A DNA stretch of 52,219 nucleotides from a virus. Lineage: Duplodnaviria; Caudoviricetes. Both the position numbers and the translations under genes were made by a program. Every line of letters starts with the position of its first letter. Position 1 is the first letter of the stretch. The notes under the pieces were generated by a model, which saw nothing but the letters and a program-made list of their open reading frames with translations, searched no databases and was not told the origin of the DNA. This document shows positions 1 through 9,799 of this stretch, piece after piece. Location of the stretch: IMG/VR virus record IMGVR_UViG_3300025127_000055, positions 1 through 52,219 of that record. One strand, given 5' to 3'.

Positions 1-865
1 TGAGTTTTTCTTCCATATCATCTAATTTATTTACCATGCTCTCAAGTACATCATATTTGTCTTCAGGGATTGATACATAATGTTCTTCAAATAGACTCTT
101 CATTCCTGTTAGGAATGACTCAGACATCTCTGCCTTGAGCCCTTGCTCCACAGCAAGAGAGTTTTCCTCTAACCATTCACCAGCTACATACTCAAGATAA
201 GAGTCAACTCTTTCTGTGAGCTTGATCTTGGTAGAGTCAATTTCTTCCTGTAGTACCTTTGCGTACTCTTTCTCTAAATCTTCCTTTATAATGGAAACTT
301 TAGAGTTAATTGCTGCTTCAAAAATTGTCTTTGCTTTCTCTTGGAACTCTTCCGACAATTCTTCGCCAGCAATTAATGCGTTAATGTCATCTTCAACATT
401 AACTTCAACTGTTTCTTCTGCTTCAGCAACAACTTCTTCTTCCTCTGTTGTTTCTTCTGATTCTTTGATTGCATCTGCCATCTTCTTACGAAGAACTGAT
501 TCAGGTTGCTCTTCTTCTTCTGCAACTACTGTTTCTTCTTCTTTTACTGGTTCTTCAGCAACTACTTCTCCTTCAGTCTCTTCCTCTTCCTTCATTCCTG
601 CAGGCATCGGATCAGCTGGTTTTGCACCTTTATTCACTACATCTTTAACTTGCTTAAGTGAAACACCAGGTGTCTTCAATTTATTTGAATCGTCATCTGG
701 TTTGGAATTTTCAGGTGTAGGGCCTCCAAGATCTTCGTATGATACGGGTGTACCACCTGTTGTTAATTTTGGCATGGGATCTGCTGGTGCAGCATTAGCA
801 TTAACGGCAGTCTTGGATTGCTGTGTCTTTACTTCCATTTCTTGTAATTTAGTACCACGGGACAT
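1..865 (-). CDS. gp22: Prohead core/scaffolding protein (T4 gp22-like), 3' end truncated by window edge
   Basis: Read by hand: ATG at 865 preceded by GGAGAG. Translation begins MSRGTKLQEMEVKTQQSKTAVNANAAPADPMPK and continues as an acidic coiled-coil (EELSEEFQEKAKTIFEAAINSKV...ERVDSYLEYVAGEWLEENSLAVEQGLKAEMSESFL). Lies directly downstream of gp21. Missing from the ORF track because no stop falls in the window. Confidence 0.9.
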   Translation of the reverse strand, partial: MSRGTKLQEMEVKTQQSKTAVNANAAPADPMPKLTTGGTPVSYEDLGGPTPENSKPDDDSNKLKTPGVSLKQVKDVVNKGAKPADPMPAGMKEEEETEGEVVAEEPVKEEETVVAEEEEQPESVLRKKMADAIKESEETTEEEEVVAEAEETVEVNVEDDINALIAGEELSEEFQEKAKTIFEAAINSKVSIIKEDLEKEYAKVLQEEIDSTKIKLTERVDSYLEYVAGEWLEENSLAVEQGLKAEMSESFLTGMKSLFEEHYVSIPEDKYDVLESMVNKLDDMEEKL

Positions 866-908
866 TTTTAACTCTCCGATTTAACCTTTGTTTAAAATTT
901 ACTATAGT

Positions 909-916
909 TATTTATA
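909..916 (-). promoter_or_regulatory. T4-type late promoter TATAAATA upstream of gp22
   Basis: + strand tatttata at 909-916 in the gp21-gp22 intergenic gap; matches the gp55-dependent late consensus. Confidence 0.8.
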
Positions 917-918
917 AA

Positions 919-1569
919 TTAAAGATTTGTCAAGAAATCACCGAACAATTCGAGTTTTTTCTCTTCAAGTCTTTTCTGATCAACGAGGGTGTTTATTCTC
1001 TTCTGTGTTTGTGCTGCTTGTTGTTCACGAAGAATTCCTCCTTCCCAAATCCACTCTTTTCCTTCCATAATTCCAGATACAAATGCATCGGGTGCAGATG
1101 GATCAGCAACTATATCTGCAGCAGTTGCTAACATAAAATCTTCACCAACAACTTTACATCCATTACGATCTTCTCTTAATGATCCAACACCACGAGAAGA
1201 AACTCCTAACATCACACCTTCATCTAAAAGTGAAGATGCGATTTTACCCATTGGTGTATTAAGCAATTGTGCTTTACCTCTAAAATTACTTCCCTCTTGA
1301 ACGAGTGATGTAATTTTATGAGAAACACGATCAAGGTTTACAGTTGGGCCATCTGGATGTCCAAGTTCACCAAGTGCTCTACCTTTACCAACAAATGCTT
1401 CATTGTATCTGTTGACTTCTCTTGCAAGAGTTTCGACAGGATACATTCTACCATTTCTGTTTTTGATGTTACCTTGTAGAAATACACCTTCAATATAAAG
1501 TTTCTTATTAGAACCTTTACCTTCGGTAATTATTTTTACGTTTGAGACTTCTTCTGTGATTAATTTCAT
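919..1569 (-). CDS. gp21: Prohead core protease (T4 gp21)
   Basis: MKLITEE start, YIEGVFLQ, NRNGRMYP, ALGELGHP (catalytic His), GVSSRGVGS (catalytic Ser), DIVADPSAPDAFV; synteny. Confidence 0.97.
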   Translation of the reverse strand: MKLITEEVSNVKIITEGKGSNKKLYIEGVFLQGNIKNRNGRMYPVETLAREVNRYNEAFVGKGRALGELGHPDGPTVNLDRVSHKITSLVQEGSNFRGKAQLLNTPMGKIASSLLDEGVMLGVSSRGVGSLREDRNGCKVVGEDFMLATAADIVADPSAPDAFVSGIMEGKEWIWEGGILREQQAAQTQKRINTLVDQKRLEEKKLELFGDFLTNL

Positions 1570-1573
1570 TTTT

Positions 1574-1849
1574 TTAATTTGTATATCCTACAGGTGAACC
1601 TAATACTGCAGCGTTTTCTGCAAATATTGCCTCGGTTGATTTTTTCTCAATAAATTCAACAGTGTTAGCTGGCATGGTAAAAGTTCCAATTGTTGTTGAT
1701 CCTCCAACTGAATCAATAACAGATACTAATTTTGCAGTACTGCTATTATTACAAAGACGCACTACAGTTGCATTTCCAAATGTGGAAGCACCTGCAGCAT
1801 TAGTTCCACATGCAGCCTGACTACCTGTTACTAAAGTTCTATTCGCCAT
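1574..1849 (-). CDS. Conserved cyanophage hypothetical protein (91 aa) in head gene cluster
   Basis: ORF overlaps the upstream stop; small beta-rich protein between gp20 and gp21. Confidence 0.75.
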   Translation of the reverse strand: MANRTLVTGSQAACGTNAAGASTFGNATVVRLCNNSSTAKLVSVIDSVGGSTTIGTFTMPANTVEFIEKKSTEAIFAENAAVLGSPVGYTN

Positions 1850-2087
1850 CGGGTTCTTCCTCTTGTGGTTCTTCTTCAGTTTCTAATTCACTAGTCACTT
1901 CAGTTTCTGGTTCTTCCTCAGAGACTTCTGGAACTTCGTCACCAAAAAGTCCTGCACCTACCAGTGGTCGTGCAACATCTATCATCTCTGCACTCTTTGT
2001 GTATAAAATTTCTTTAATTTTATCACTAATATCTGATGCATTAGCATCATCAACCATCATATCCATTAAATCATCATTTGCTGCCAT
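1839..2087 (-). CDS. Small acidic protein, positional equivalent of prohead core gp67
   Basis: 82 aa with a very acidic C-terminal tail, directly downstream of portal, with its own late promoter. Confidence 0.7.
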   Translation of the reverse strand: MAANDDLMDMMVDDANASDISDKIKEILYTKSAEMIDVARPLVGAGLFGDEVPEVSEEEPETEVTSELETEEEPQEEEPDGE

Positions 2088-2116
2088 GTTAAGAAAATAT
2101 TATATTGACTAATATT

Positions 2117-2124
2117 TATTTATA
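2117..2124 (-). promoter_or_regulatory. T4-type late promoter TATAAATA
   Basis: + strand tatttata at 2117-2124, overlapping the gp20 stop codon. Confidence 0.75.
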
Positions 2125-3787
2125 TCTCTCCACCTTCAGGTGCTTCCGTCGCAGAACCTTGACTTTCAAGATCTGGTTCTGTAATTGGTTGACCTAGATC
2201 CATATTAGGATCCATTGGTGCACCTGTGTTTGGATCAACCATTGCATTTGGATCCATTAAAGTTCCATCTTTAATTTCTTTTTTAATTTGCTTATCTATT
2301 TCTTTGATGTCATCTTCAGTTTGCTTAAGAACTTTTGTGCGAACAAAATGATTCGAGAAATACTTACCCATGTATGGTTCCATCGATGCAACCACACCAA
2401 GTTGCTCATTTAATAATTCATTCTTCTTAAGATCTGAGAAATGGTTGTCATATAGAAAATCATACTGAATATGATCTTCCAATTCACTCCAATCATCTGG
2501 TGTAATAATATTTTTTAGAATTAGTTGAGTCTTCAACATATCGTTAAAAACTTGAGCAAATCTTTTTCTTAATCTTCCTACAAACTTAGTAAATTTAAGT
2601 TCATCTCTTAATATCTCAGATGAACGACCTAAGTTAAATCCACCTTGACTATCCAATCGACTTGATGGAACATTTAATGATTTGTATAATTTTGATTGAA
2701 AGTATTCGATATCAGTGAGTTCACCTAAGTTTTGTCCACCAGGTAAAGTTGTAATTTCGGTTCCCCGACCACCTTCTCTTCTTGGCAACCAGAAATCTTC
2801 AAGCATTGCCATATATTTACGGTCATCACGAATCTCTCCAGTGTCAGCATTATAAACTAACTTGTTACGATAACGATTCATAACATCACGAAGATATTGT
2901 TCAGCCTTAATCTTTGGAAGATTACCAACATCAATATAAAATATTCTTCTTTCTGGAGCACGAGATAATCTATAAATTACAAGACTATCTTCAACCATTC
3001 TTAATTGGTTAAGTGCTTTGATTGCTTTATGTAAATATGATAATACTGTTTGTTTATTACGATCTACTAAACCAGATGTGCAATATGTAATTGCGTCTTT
3101 TGCGATTTTAACTGCACCTTTTGCAGTTTTAGTTGGATAGATTCCACTTCCACCTTTCTTTCCTGCATTTGGGTCATATAAGTAATATTCATTTATTTTT
3201 GGAGCATCTGCATTTTTTGGATCATTTCCATTTCGAGCAATATCAAATGGAGATAAACTATTTGAACCAGTTTTATCTGTTTCACGAACTAATCTTATTT
3301 TAAGTGGATCAATATATCTTATTTCTTTAATTCCTTCTGATGGATTATCTAAGTCAATAACTTTATGGTAAAATATTCGACCATCAATATACCAAGTACG
3401 AAAAATTTCATGACACTTTTTATCAAAGTTCATGACACTCTTGATATATTTAAATTCTTCTCGAATAGAATCTTTTAATCTATCCGATGCATTTAGATTT
3501 GATAATTCAATTTCAACTGGTGAATCATCTAAATCAGAAACGATTGCTTCATTTACAACATCTTCAATTGCACTATCACACTCTGGGTGTAAGCACATTT
3601 CACGATATCTACGAACTAAATCTTGCTCACTCTTGTAAACACCTTCAATATCAACATATTGACCGTAAAATCCACTAGAGACATAAAAGTCTGATTTATC
3701 TTCATCAGTAGGAGGTACGGGAGAAACTATCCCCTTTGATTGCTTATCCTCTCCATCAGGGATTTTAAATCCAAAAAGTTTTGCCAT
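2120..3787 (-). CDS. gp20: Portal vertex protein (T4 gp20)
   Basis: YREMCLHPECDSAIEDVVNEAIV, LVIYRLSRAPERRIFYIDVGNLPK, MLEDFWLPRREGGRGTEITTLPGGQNLGE are hallmark g20 motifs. Confidence 0.99.
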   Translation of the reverse strand: MAKLFGFKIPDGEDKQSKGIVSPVPPTDEDKSDFYVSSGFYGQYVDIEGVYKSEQDLVRRYREMCLHPECDSAIEDVVNEAIVSDLDDSPVEIELSNLNASDRLKDSIREEFKYIKSVMNFDKKCHEIFRTWYIDGRIFYHKVIDLDNPSEGIKEIRYIDPLKIRLVRETDKTGSNSLSPFDIARNGNDPKNADAPKINEYYLYDPNAGKKGGSGIYPTKTAKGAVKIAKDAITYCTSGLVDRNKQTVLSYLHKAIKALNQLRMVEDSLVIYRLSRAPERRIFYIDVGNLPKIKAEQYLRDVMNRYRNKLVYNADTGEIRDDRKYMAMLEDFWLPRREGGRGTEITTLPGGQNLGELTDIEYFQSKLYKSLNVPSSRLDSQGGFNLGRSSEILRDELKFTKFVGRLRKRFAQVFNDMLKTQLILKNIITPDDWSELEDHIQYDFLYDNHFSDLKKNELLNEQLGVVASMEPYMGKYFSNHFVRTKVLKQTEDDIKEIDKQIKKEIKDGTLMDPNAMVDPNTGAPMDPNMDLGQPITEPDLESQGSATEAPEGGEI

Positions 3788-3817
3788 TGTATAAACGTTT
3801 TGCTACTATTATAGCAC

Positions 3818-3825
3818 TATTTATG
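3818..3825 (-). promoter_or_regulatory. Late promoter variant CATAAATA upstream of gp20
   Basis: + strand tatttatg overlapping the gp19 stop. Confidence 0.55.
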
Positions 3826-4456
3826 CTCCTGTGCCAAGTTGAGTCTGTGATTGTGCATCTAAAGCATCAAACCACTGTACTTGTAACTCAACAGTAAACT
3901 CTTCAAGAGTGTCAGAACTATCGTAAGATAATGGAATATCTGATATATTTGTTGGGAAAGTTCCGTGGAACTTATACATTTTGAGAACAGGTAATTGTGA
4001 AGCAGTATCAGGAGTTGAACCACTCACAGCTGCTCTTCCCAATTGTCTTACAAATAAATCTTTCTGATATGCTGTTGGATCTGTGATACCAGCATTATCT
4101 TCATGTTTGTTGATTAAGTTCATCCATCTTTCAAATGCTGTCCTAATTTTAAAGTCAACATCATTAATGATAGTGATTGTCCAAGGATCAAATGTACGAT
4201 CTCCTGCAACTTTTAAATTTCTTCCTCTGAATGGGATAAGAATAGGTGCAATATTTGAAGCAGGTAACTGTGCTGCTTTAACTAAAAATCGACTCTTGTC
4301 TGCAATTTCATCTTTCGTTGAATCAACAGGAATTGCATTATCAGGAAAGAATAATTCACATTCAAATAAATTAGGACGAGCACCACCCCCGACCATTTTA
4401 CCCTTAAAAGCATCAAGAGTTCTATCTTTAGTATTTGGAATGTTTAGGTTAGCCAT
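3821..4456 (-). CDS. gp19: Tail tube protein (T4 gp19)
   Basis: GGGARPNLFE, PFRGRNLKVAGDRTFDPWTITIIND, FPTNISDIPLSYD..EEFTVE; synteny after the sheath. Confidence 0.97.
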   Translation of the reverse strand: MANLNIPNTKDRTLDAFKGKMVGGGARPNLFECELFFPDNAIPVDSTKDEIADKSRFLVKAAQLPASNIAPILIPFRGRNLKVAGDRTFDPWTITIINDVDFKIRTAFERWMNLINKHEDNAGITDPTAYQKDLFVRQLGRAAVSGSTPDTASQLPVLKMYKFHGTFPTNISDIPLSYDSSDTLEEFTVELQVQWFDALDAQSQTQLGTGA

Positions 4457-4478
4457 TTAATTTTTTTCCTCTAGTAAG

Positions 4479-7001
4479 TTAAACGTTTCCAACGACTTCT
4501 TCAAAACTTACTCCTGTGCGTGTAGCAACAAATGTAAGTCCAATAAAGTTAATCGACCTTGCGGGTTTTACGAAAATGTCAGCTTTAAATTGATTTGAAT
4601 CAACTACAGCTGGAGTGTTGTTTGTCTCATCACAAATAACAACAAAATCAGTGATACCTCTCTTTGCTTTAACATCACGAAGGAAAGGATCAACTATATT
4701 TAAGAAGTTTGTTCTTGTGATTACATCATTAAATTCAAATAACTGATCTCTTGCTGCTCTTTCGATTGCAGTCTCTATTGTGAGGAACAAACGACGAACG
4801 TTAATACGATCAAATGCTGATGCAACACCAAGTCCAGTTCGATCACCAAAGAGAATAATTCCTGCACCTGGAGATGCAATCACTGGATTGATTCTCTTTG
4901 GATAGATAATATCTCTTTGTGCTTGTGATGGGTTATATGCAAGTTTAACTGCTCCGTTAATTGCTCCTCTAGATGCACCAGCTGGTGAGAACCAAGAGAA
5001 TGAATTAATTGATGTTCTTGCCATTAATCCACCAATATCCCCATTTAATGGGATATATCTAAACTCATTATTAAATCTATCAAACGCATATTTGTAACCT
5101 GAGTCAAATACTGCGTAAGATGATGATTGAAGTGCAGCATAGTAATCTACTATGTTATCTGTTTGTGTGTCTGAGTTAGGAACATTTACAACTCCTGCAC
5201 GATGTGGTGATATACAAGCAATACAATCTTTTCTTAAATCTGCAATTGCAATCAATGCTGATGCTTTTGCTTGTGAATCAAAGATTGTAGCACCACCACT
5301 TGGCCCCTGCAAAATAAAGTTAATTATGTATTCTGCTGGATTTTTAAGAATATTATATGAATTGATTATATCACCCTTATCAACTATATACCTGTCATGA
5401 GTTGTAACACCAAGTGTTGTTGTGGATGAATAATCTTTACCACCTGTGAAATCATAAGATCTATTTCCTTGAACATTAAAGATTGTTCCTGCAGCATTTG
5501 CACCCCAGTTACCTGAAGTTGTTGTGAAATCCTTAATGTCGGCATCACCAGAACCAGAATTAATTGCTTTTAGTGATGAGGGTGAAGTATCACCTGCTAT
5601 GCCAGTTGGTGCAGCACCTGCATAGATAAACTCTGATCTATTTGCAAGATAGTTTTTATAGTAAACTTCTTCTGGTGGTTGTCTTTTACCATCTTTTGCT
5701 TTTGAAAGATAAAGATGTTTTTCGACTATGTTACCTGCGATTCCTGTTGCACTACCATCTTCATCAACAACCACTATGTGCATTTCATCATTTGCACCCT
5801 CTCTTGATGCTGCGTATTCAGAAGTGCCTGGTTTTTCTGCAATCGAGTTCCAAGCAATATCAGCACCTTTAGTTAATCCTAGTGTTTGCGAATTATACCA
5901 GTCTTTAACAGTAGTTGTGGTAAAGTTGGAAACTGCATCTCCGTTTGCCTTAATTACAAATGTGGTATTTGTATTGGTTGTTGTTGATACTCCCGATGAT
6001 CGAGTAAACGTAAATACTGCACCATCACCTGAAGTCGATATTCCCGTTATTGCTTTATCAACAGTTACTGTACTTGCTCCAATTGCAACGACTGTTGTTC
6101 CAGTTGAAATTACGGAATTACCACCAGTTACAGTAACGATGTCACCTAATAAAACATCAGTGCTAATTCCTGCAATACCTGCGGTTGTTCCAATTCCTGT
6201 AATGGTAATATCAAAAGCACTATCAACGACACCAGATGTTGTTCCTATTCCTGTTGATGTAGTTGTTGTTTCAGTCTCAGATGTTGAAGTTAAGAACTTA
6301 AGTAGATCATAATTGGTTGGTGATACATCACCTTCAGCAGTTACCCTATCAACAACCTTTACAGTTATTTGATCAGTTCTAATTCCTGGCCCTCCAGCAG
6401 TTCCAACTCCAGTTATAATTCCTCTCATGAATCCAGATCCATAAGCAGTTGTTGTTCCACTTCCGACAGAAATTCTTCCAGTTATTGTTTGGGTTATACC
6501 CATACCGACTGTTATACCAGCAGTTCCGATACCTGGTAAAGTAATAACTTGATCAGCAAAGTGGTCAATTACTGATACTCTTAATCCATTTCCCCATGTA
6601 CCAGGATTTTTTGCTGCGTAGAACCAACTAGAAGCACTTGAGTGATTTGATGTGTAATCGTCGTATGATTTAATTTTAACATCAGCAGCAGTTCCAGTTA
6701 CAGTTCCAACACCAGCATTTTTTAAACTTGTATTATCGGATCTTAAAACTCTTAAGACACCACCATATGAAAGATATGATGATGCAGTCATCCAATATTC
6801 GAATTGTCCGTCTTTGTCTAATGGTTTACCGTAAGTTGCAAGTAAATCTTGCTCGTTTTCTATTAATATCGGTACATCTATTGGGCCTTTCTCAAATGGG
6901 CCAGCAATCGCTCCGACCAGTTCTTGTGCTCCAGATATATTACCGATAGTCAAGTCAACTTCTCTTACCTTGACTCCAGGAGATACTAAGTTAAGCGACA
7001 T
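4479..7001 (-). CDS. gp18: Tail sheath protein (T4 gp18) with a Thr/Gly-rich internal insertion
   Basis: SPGVKVREVDLT N-terminus; WFSPAGASRG, FDRINVRRLF, DIFVKPARSINFIGLTFVATRTGVSFEEV C-terminus. Confidence 0.98.
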   Translation of the reverse strand: MSLNLVSPGVKVREVDLTIGNISGAQELVGAIAGPFEKGPIDVPILIENEQDLLATYGKPLDKDGQFEYWMTASSYLSYGGVLRVLRSDNTSLKNAGVGTVTGTAADVKIKSYDDYTSNHSSASSWFYAAKNPGTWGNGLRVSVIDHFADQVITLPGIGTAGITVGMGITQTITGRISVGSGTTTAYGSGFMRGIITGVGTAGGPGIRTDQITVKVVDRVTAEGDVSPTNYDLLKFLTSTSETETTTTSTGIGTTSGVVDSAFDITITGIGTTAGIAGISTDVLLGDIVTVTGGNSVISTGTTVVAIGASTVTVDKAITGISTSGDGAVFTFTRSSGVSTTTNTNTTFVIKANGDAVSNFTTTTVKDWYNSQTLGLTKGADIAWNSIAEKPGTSEYAASREGANDEMHIVVVDEDGSATGIAGNIVEKHLYLSKAKDGKRQPPEEVYYKNYLANRSEFIYAGAAPTGIAGDTSPSSLKAINSGSGDADIKDFTTTSGNWGANAAGTIFNVQGNRSYDFTGGKDYSSTTTLGVTTHDRYIVDKGDIINSYNILKNPAEYIINFILQGPSGGATIFDSQAKASALIAIADLRKDCIACISPHRAGVVNVPNSDTQTDNIVDYYAALQSSSYAVFDSGYKYAFDRFNNEFRYIPLNGDIGGLMARTSINSFSWFSPAGASRGAINGAVKLAYNPSQAQRDIIYPKRINPVIASPGAGIILFGDRTGLGVASAFDRINVRRLFLTIETAIERAARDQLFEFNDVITRTNFLNIVDPFLRDVKAKRGITDFVVICDETNNTPAVVDSNQFKADIFVKPARSINFIGLTFVATRTGVSFEEVVGNV

Positions 7002-7040
7002 GTCTTTCCCTCTTTATAAAAGATTCAATTTTACTAAAAG

Positions 7041-7048
7041 TATTTATT
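7041..7048 (-). promoter_or_regulatory. Late promoter variant AATAAATA upstream of gp18
   Basis: + strand tatttatt about 40 bp upstream of the gp18 ATG. Confidence 0.55.
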
Positions 7049-7086
7049 ATTTGCTACTTTTACATTGGGGAAACAATGCATGAACA

Positions 7087-7323
7087 TTACCAATCAGGGT
7101 ATGACCACTCAGTTGACACCTTTGTTTTCTTTCGATTCTTTAAAATTCTTTTGACTGTGCATATCTTACATTCATAAGAATAACCAGATGGAAAGTTTCT
7201 TTTATTTTTGCGAATTAGATAAAACTCATTTACTAAATCTTTCGTCTCTCCACAAACTCTACACTTTCTTTCTTGAAAGAGTAAATGTTCAAGAGTAAAA
7301 CCAAACTCTTCGTTCTTATTCAT
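7087..7323 (-). CDS. Small CxxC...CxxC zinc-binding hypothetical protein
   Basis: CRVC and CKIC motifs; 78 aa; translationally coupled to the upstream small ORF. Confidence 0.75.
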   Translation of the reverse strand: MNKNEEFGFTLEHLLFQERKCRVCGETKDLVNEFYLIRKNKRNFPSGYSYECKICTVKRILKNRKKTKVSTEWSYPDW

Positions 7324-7439
7324 TAGAGTATAAGAATTGTTTGTGATCCGTCTTTGTTATCTATGATAGTTATTTTTCTTTTTGGAAACGATTTTGATAA
7401 TAATCTTTTCAATCTAACATTCTTAAATGGATTCTTCAT
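7323..7439 (-). CDS. Small basic hypothetical protein (38 aa, MKNPFKNVRLKRLLSKSFPKRKITIIDNKDGSQTILIL)
   Basis: Read by hand. ATG overlaps the gp17 stop (TGATG) and its TAA overlaps the next ATG, so it fills the gap exactly. Confidence 0.6.
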   Translation of the reverse strand: MKNPFKNVRLKRLLSKSFPKRKITIIDNKDGSQTILIL

Positions 7440-9082
7440 CACCGATACTCCCACATATATGAACGATCTCCATATTCATCAACATGCCAAGTGTCTCCTT
7501 CAGAATCAACAAAACTACCATCATCCAGTCCGTCAGATATAAAACCAAAGGGTGCCATATCTTGTTCGATTTGATTTTTCTGTTCTTCATATAATCTTTT
7601 TCTTACGTCCTGATCAGTAAGTTCTTTGAAATAATCTTGTGCAACTAACCATGCATATATTACAAGACACATTGCCAAGTCATCATTACATCCCTCTTCA
7701 GCCTCAAATGAATTACTTTTTGATATAAATGTAGTCAATTCAGATATTATATTATAATCTTTAAATATTAATTTATCCTCTTCAATCATAGTCTTGAGGT
7801 TCAATGCACCAACCTTCTTAACTGTCTTTGACATTTTGACTCCAAGTTGAGTTTTCTTTCCACTGAATCCTTGTCCTACAATTTGACCAGCACGGCCTCT
7901 CATCGAGCACATTAAAAGATTTTCATATTCCATATCAAAGTTTAATATTGAAGCAATTTGATCTCCAATATCATTTACTTCACATAATATAAAAGACTTA
8001 TTGTAATTCATTGCTACTTCATATATGATATTTGGAAACAACATCGGTTTGATTTCGTTGTTTCGATATTTTGCTACGACTTTATGAGGAAACTCAGTAA
8101 TATCAGTTAAAACAAATGCAGAGTAATCTTCACCAACCCCTCGTGCAACGTCAACTGTCATCAAATAATCATGATTTCTTTCTGGTGGAAAATAAACATC
8201 TAGACCTGCATTTTGTTGTATTGGATTATCATATACTAAAGATTTAAGTTTACTTGGTGCAATCAACGTATCAATAGATCCCAAAAACTCACATTCAAAC
8301 TCAATTTTGAATTGTTGTTCCGATGTGTTTGCTATCGTTTGTTTCTTCCACTTTGCATTTCGACCTGGTACTTCAGACCAGTGAACATCAGTTGGTGTAT
8401 ATTCATTTTTTCCTCTTTCTGCATCATGCCACAATCGATAGAAATGATTCATACCATGTGGAGTAGAAACTATGATGACTTTGGTTTTTTTACCAGAAGT
8501 AATAGTAGGATATACAGAGGCAAAGAACGAGTCAGCAATATGATTAGGAACAAAGGCAAATTCATCCAGAAAAAGAATGTTGAAAGACATACCTCTAACT
8601 GCAGATGCAGAGGTAGATGCTGCCAAGATTTTAGATCCATTTTCTAACTCCAGTGATCCACGATTCCATACTAACACACCCTGTTGCATCCATTTTGGAA
8701 GATTTTCATATGCAGTCTGTAATCTTCCTAATAATTCTCTTGCAGTTGCAGCTTTGTTTGCTAGTATACCAATATTTACACTATCATTAAAAACAGCATA
8801 ATGAAGTAAATAGGACACCACAGTCGTTGACTTACCAGTCTGACGAGGCATCTTACAAATATTAAAACGATTTTTATGAAATCTTTTAATTAATTTTTCT
8901 TGAAACTTGTATGGTTGAAAAGGTACAAGACCTTCATCAAGAGACACAATTTTTACATACTTCTGTGCAAAGTATACGGGATTATTTTTACATTTAACAA
9001 ACTCTTCAATCTGCTCTGCAGAAAATTGAATTGGTGTATTTGCTTTTTTTAGATTAGGATTACCAAGATAAATTTCACTCAT
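7439..9082 (-). CDS. gp17: Terminase large subunit (T4 gp17)
   Basis: YLGNPNLK start, Walker A PRQTGKST, Walker B FLDEFAF, STPHGMNHFY, RNase H-like VDVARG..DYSA, DDLAMCL. Confidence 0.99.
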   Translation of the reverse strand: MSEIYLGNPNLKKANTPIQFSAEQIEEFVKCKNNPVYFAQKYVKIVSLDEGLVPFQPYKFQEKLIKRFHKNRFNICKMPRQTGKSTTVVSYLLHYAVFNDSVNIGILANKAATARELLGRLQTAYENLPKWMQQGVLVWNRGSLELENGSKILAASTSASAVRGMSFNILFLDEFAFVPNHIADSFFASVYPTITSGKKTKVIIVSTPHGMNHFYRLWHDAERGKNEYTPTDVHWSEVPGRNAKWKKQTIANTSEQQFKIEFECEFLGSIDTLIAPSKLKSLVYDNPIQQNAGLDVYFPPERNHDYLMTVDVARGVGEDYSAFVLTDITEFPHKVVAKYRNNEIKPMLFPNIIYEVAMNYNKSFILCEVNDIGDQIASILNFDMEYENLLMCSMRGRAGQIVGQGFSGKKTQLGVKMSKTVKKVGALNLKTMIEEDKLIFKDYNIISELTTFISKSNSFEAEEGCNDDLAMCLVIYAWLVAQDYFKELTDQDVRKRLYEEQKNQIEQDMAPFGFISDGLDDGSFVDSEGDTWHVDEYGDRSYMWEYR

Positions 9083-9088
9083 GACAAC

Positions 9089-9799
9089 TTACGTTTCTTG
9101 TCCAGCAAATAGCATAGGTTTTGATGGATCTACGGTTGATGGACTGAAATACATTACTACTGCTGTTGGATATACCTTTTGCACTTCTGCAGTCATTTCT
9201 GACTTTGATGGTCTCTTAAATGATGCAATAAACATTTGAGTTGTAATCAATTTACCCCTCCAGTTAAGAACTATTGTATATGTTTTACCTCTTTCCTGAA
9301 TACGAAGGTATGATTCATAAGTAAATGTCTTACCCTTAATGCGAGTGTCCATTTCACCAGTTCTACCTGGTCTCATTTTTCCAATTGGTATATTTCTTTT
9401 TGGTAGTGCACTCTTACGAGTTCTTTTGAGTGTAGCACCTCCACCACCTTTTGTTTGTGTGATGACTGCATCCTGATCGTATTTTTTACCAAGTGCTTTG
9501 ACTGCTTTTTTAAACTTTCTTTTACCCATCTTTCCAGAAGTTACAACGTGACTTCTTTCTTTTACTTTAGTAACCTTACCTGTTTTATCATCTTTTTCAT
9601 CATATCTACCAGTAACTTTAGTTGCACCTGGCAAACCTTTACCACGAATATCTTTATCTAATTGCTTTGCCCTTGCACGATTTTCTTTTGCTGATTTATC
9701 TCCACGACTTCCAGAAAGAACGGCCATACCACCTTTATCTGACTTACTCTTCAGTCTTGTTAAACTACTTTCTTGTACAAATTCTTTGAATGACTTCAT
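9089..9799 (-). CDS. Basic hypothetical protein, candidate capsid internal protein
   Basis: N-terminus MKSFKEFVQE resembles T4 internal-protein capsid targeting sequences; Lys-rich; late-promoter-like TCTAAATA at 9822-9829. Confidence 0.75.
   Translation of the reverse strand: MKSFKEFVQESSLTRLKSKSDKGGMAVLSGSRGDKSAKENRARAKQLDKDIRGKGLPGATKVTGRYDEKDDKTGKVTKVKERSHVVTSGKMGKRKFKKAVKALGKKYDQDAVITQTKGGGGATLKRTRKSALPKRNIPIGKMRPGRTGEMDTRIKGKTFTYESYLRIQERGKTYTIVLNWRGKLITTQMFIASFKRPSKSEMTAEVQKVYPTAVVMYFSPSTVDPSKPMLFAGQET

Noticed and set aside
216-884. 222-aa plus-strand Ser-rich ORF
   Set aside because: Antisense shadow of the Glu-rich gp22 gene on the minus strand.
7087-7323. Homing endonuclease next to gp17
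   Set aside because: Only a CxxC/CxxC zinc-binding part is present; no HNH or EndoVII catalytic segment in 78 aa.
2120-9082. Introns or inteins in portal, sheath or terminase
   Set aside because: ORFs are continuous; portal and terminase are of ordinary length; no intein (C/S...HN) or homing-endonuclease motifs seen.
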